A DNA stretch of 64,000 nt. It comes from Pristiophorus japonicus. Lineage: Eukaryota. The first letter of the stretch is position 1, and every line of letters starts with the position of its first letter. Positions 62,469-64,000 of the stretch are shown in pieces. The stretch lies in assembly GCF_044704955.1 (NCBI RefSeq), contig NC_091983.1, positions 46,934,001-46,998,000 of the forward strand. Direction: 5' to 3'. The position numbers were made by a program, and so were the translations under genes. The notes beneath the pieces are model-generated. The model was not told the DNA's origin and searched no databases. It saw only the letters and a list, made by a program, of their open reading frames with translations.

Positions 62469-63529
62469 AACTTAAATGAGCTGTTTGAAGACATGTCAGA
62501 ACAAGAGAAAAGTTAAAATGGAGTGGTGAGACTTCACCACAAACTTCCTGCCCCAGCTGGCCAACTGCAATTTTAAATTGCAGGTAGCAAGGCCACCTGC
62601 CGAAAGTTGACGGGATTCCTCTTTAAATATGCAGATCAGGCTTCAATGATTTCAATTATTGCCCCCTTCTGCAATATTAACCGAAGGCCCGGGGCAGGAA
62701 GCAGCTGAAACTTCTCTGCCAGGCCAAACCTAACAGGGCTGGATTGATGTCCTGAAAAGGTCCTGCAGGGTCAGTTTCTCCCCTCCCCCCCCCGCCCCCC
62801 CCCTCCTCCCCCCTGCCCCCACCGCCCCACCACCCCACCAGATCAACCTACCTTAGTGCTAATGGCTATTCCTGTGGGTCCTCAGTGTCAGCTTCCTGCC
62901 GCCCAAAATCCCTCTGCCACCCGTTGGCTACGTAATGATGTTGGCCAGATTCAGGTGATAAAATCAGCTGGGCCTTACTTTATTCCCACTTCGAGCCGCC
63001 TGCGTGTCGGTCTCACTTCCTGTTAAAACTGAAATAATTTCACACATTGTTGTTCCCAGAACCATTCAGACTAAATGTATAAAAGACGTACAAGATATTG
63101 ACTCCTTCGGTTCTCTGCCTGAGCGTTGCAGTAAGAATTGAATTGTTACTTCTCTGTAACCACACTTAGAGAAATAACGGCATGTCATCAAGACACAATC
63201 TTACTAATTACCAGTGCATGCCCCATCAATATCCATCGTCAAGATTATGAGACTTTGTGTATCATTTCATTAAAGTAACATCAGTACCAACCCTTCATGT
63301 CCAATTACTAACAATACAGAATCCAAATCAATACTCCCATACAGACAAAAATACTTCACAAAAAACTACAGAGAAAGGAAAGCAAGATTCCTTTTGCCGT
63401 TTTCCACATTGCAGAAGATATTTTTATGTCCATAATATTGATATTCCCTTGCTGTGAAACGGTATTACCTGCCAACAAATAATTTTCTTCGTTATCTCCT
63501 TGCTTCAGTCCATAAATGTTTATCTGACA

Positions 63530-64000
63530 AACACAACAACAACTTGCATTTATATAGCACCTTTAATATAGTAAAATGCGCCAAGGCATTTTCACAGAAA
63601 ATTTGATACTTAGCCACATAAGGAGATATCAGGACAGATGACCAAAAGCTTGGTCAAAGAGGTAGGTTTTAAGAAGCATCTTAAAGGAAGAGAGAGAGGT
63701 AAAGTGGCAGAGTGGTGTAGGGAGGGAATTCTGGAGCTTAGGGCCGAGGCAGCTGAAGCCCCAGCCATCAATGGTGGGGCAATTAAAATCGGGGATGCAC
63801 AAGGGGCCAGAATTGCAGGAGGGCAGAGATCTTGGAGGAGATTACAGAGATAGGGAGGGGCGAGGCCATGAAGGGATTTGAAAACAAGGATGAGAATTTT
63901 AAAATTAAGGCATTGCAGGACCGGGAGCCAATGCAGGTCAGTGAGCACAGGGGTGATGGGTGAACGGGATTTGGCACGAGTTAAGATATGGGCAGTAGAG
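63530..64000 (-). mobile_element. L2 LINE 3' fragment, running off the window
   Basis: LTDLHWLPVLQCLNFKILILVFKSLHGLAPPYL and an L2 tail at 63530. Confidence 0.92.

Overview
Repeat-dominated eukaryotic DNA. The repeat spectrum (CR1 with (ATAGAAAC)n/(CATAAGAA)n tails, L2, Deu-domain SINEs, RTEX-like tails) suggests a cartilaginous fish; this is inference. I recognise no intact host gene. The window is a layered set of decayed mobile elements. It holds two internally deleted Gypsy LTR retrotransposons with 5-bp TSDs and one solo LTR, several PIF/Harbinger transposons (DDE transposase plus a convergent three-exon Myb/SANT gene), and a family of G-rich, CpG-rich TIR elements with 3-bp TSDs. It also holds about a dozen CR1 fragments and L2, RTE, RTEX-like, Vingi-like, Penelope-type and Tx1/L1-like remnants, plus DeuSINEs. 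The most notable item is a 3.2-kb Harbinger derivative with matching TIRs that kept its Myb gene but only the last 12 codons of its transposase; it sits in a tail-only CR1 insertion inside another Harbinger. Also notable are LTRs carrying a CTCF-like motif plus hairpin, hammerhead-like motifs, a local duplication that supplies empty insertion sites, and a hairpin-rich unique segment near 57.2 kb. All comparisons were made by eye. Family names come from recalled motifs, not database searches, and boundaries of degenerate repeats are approximate.
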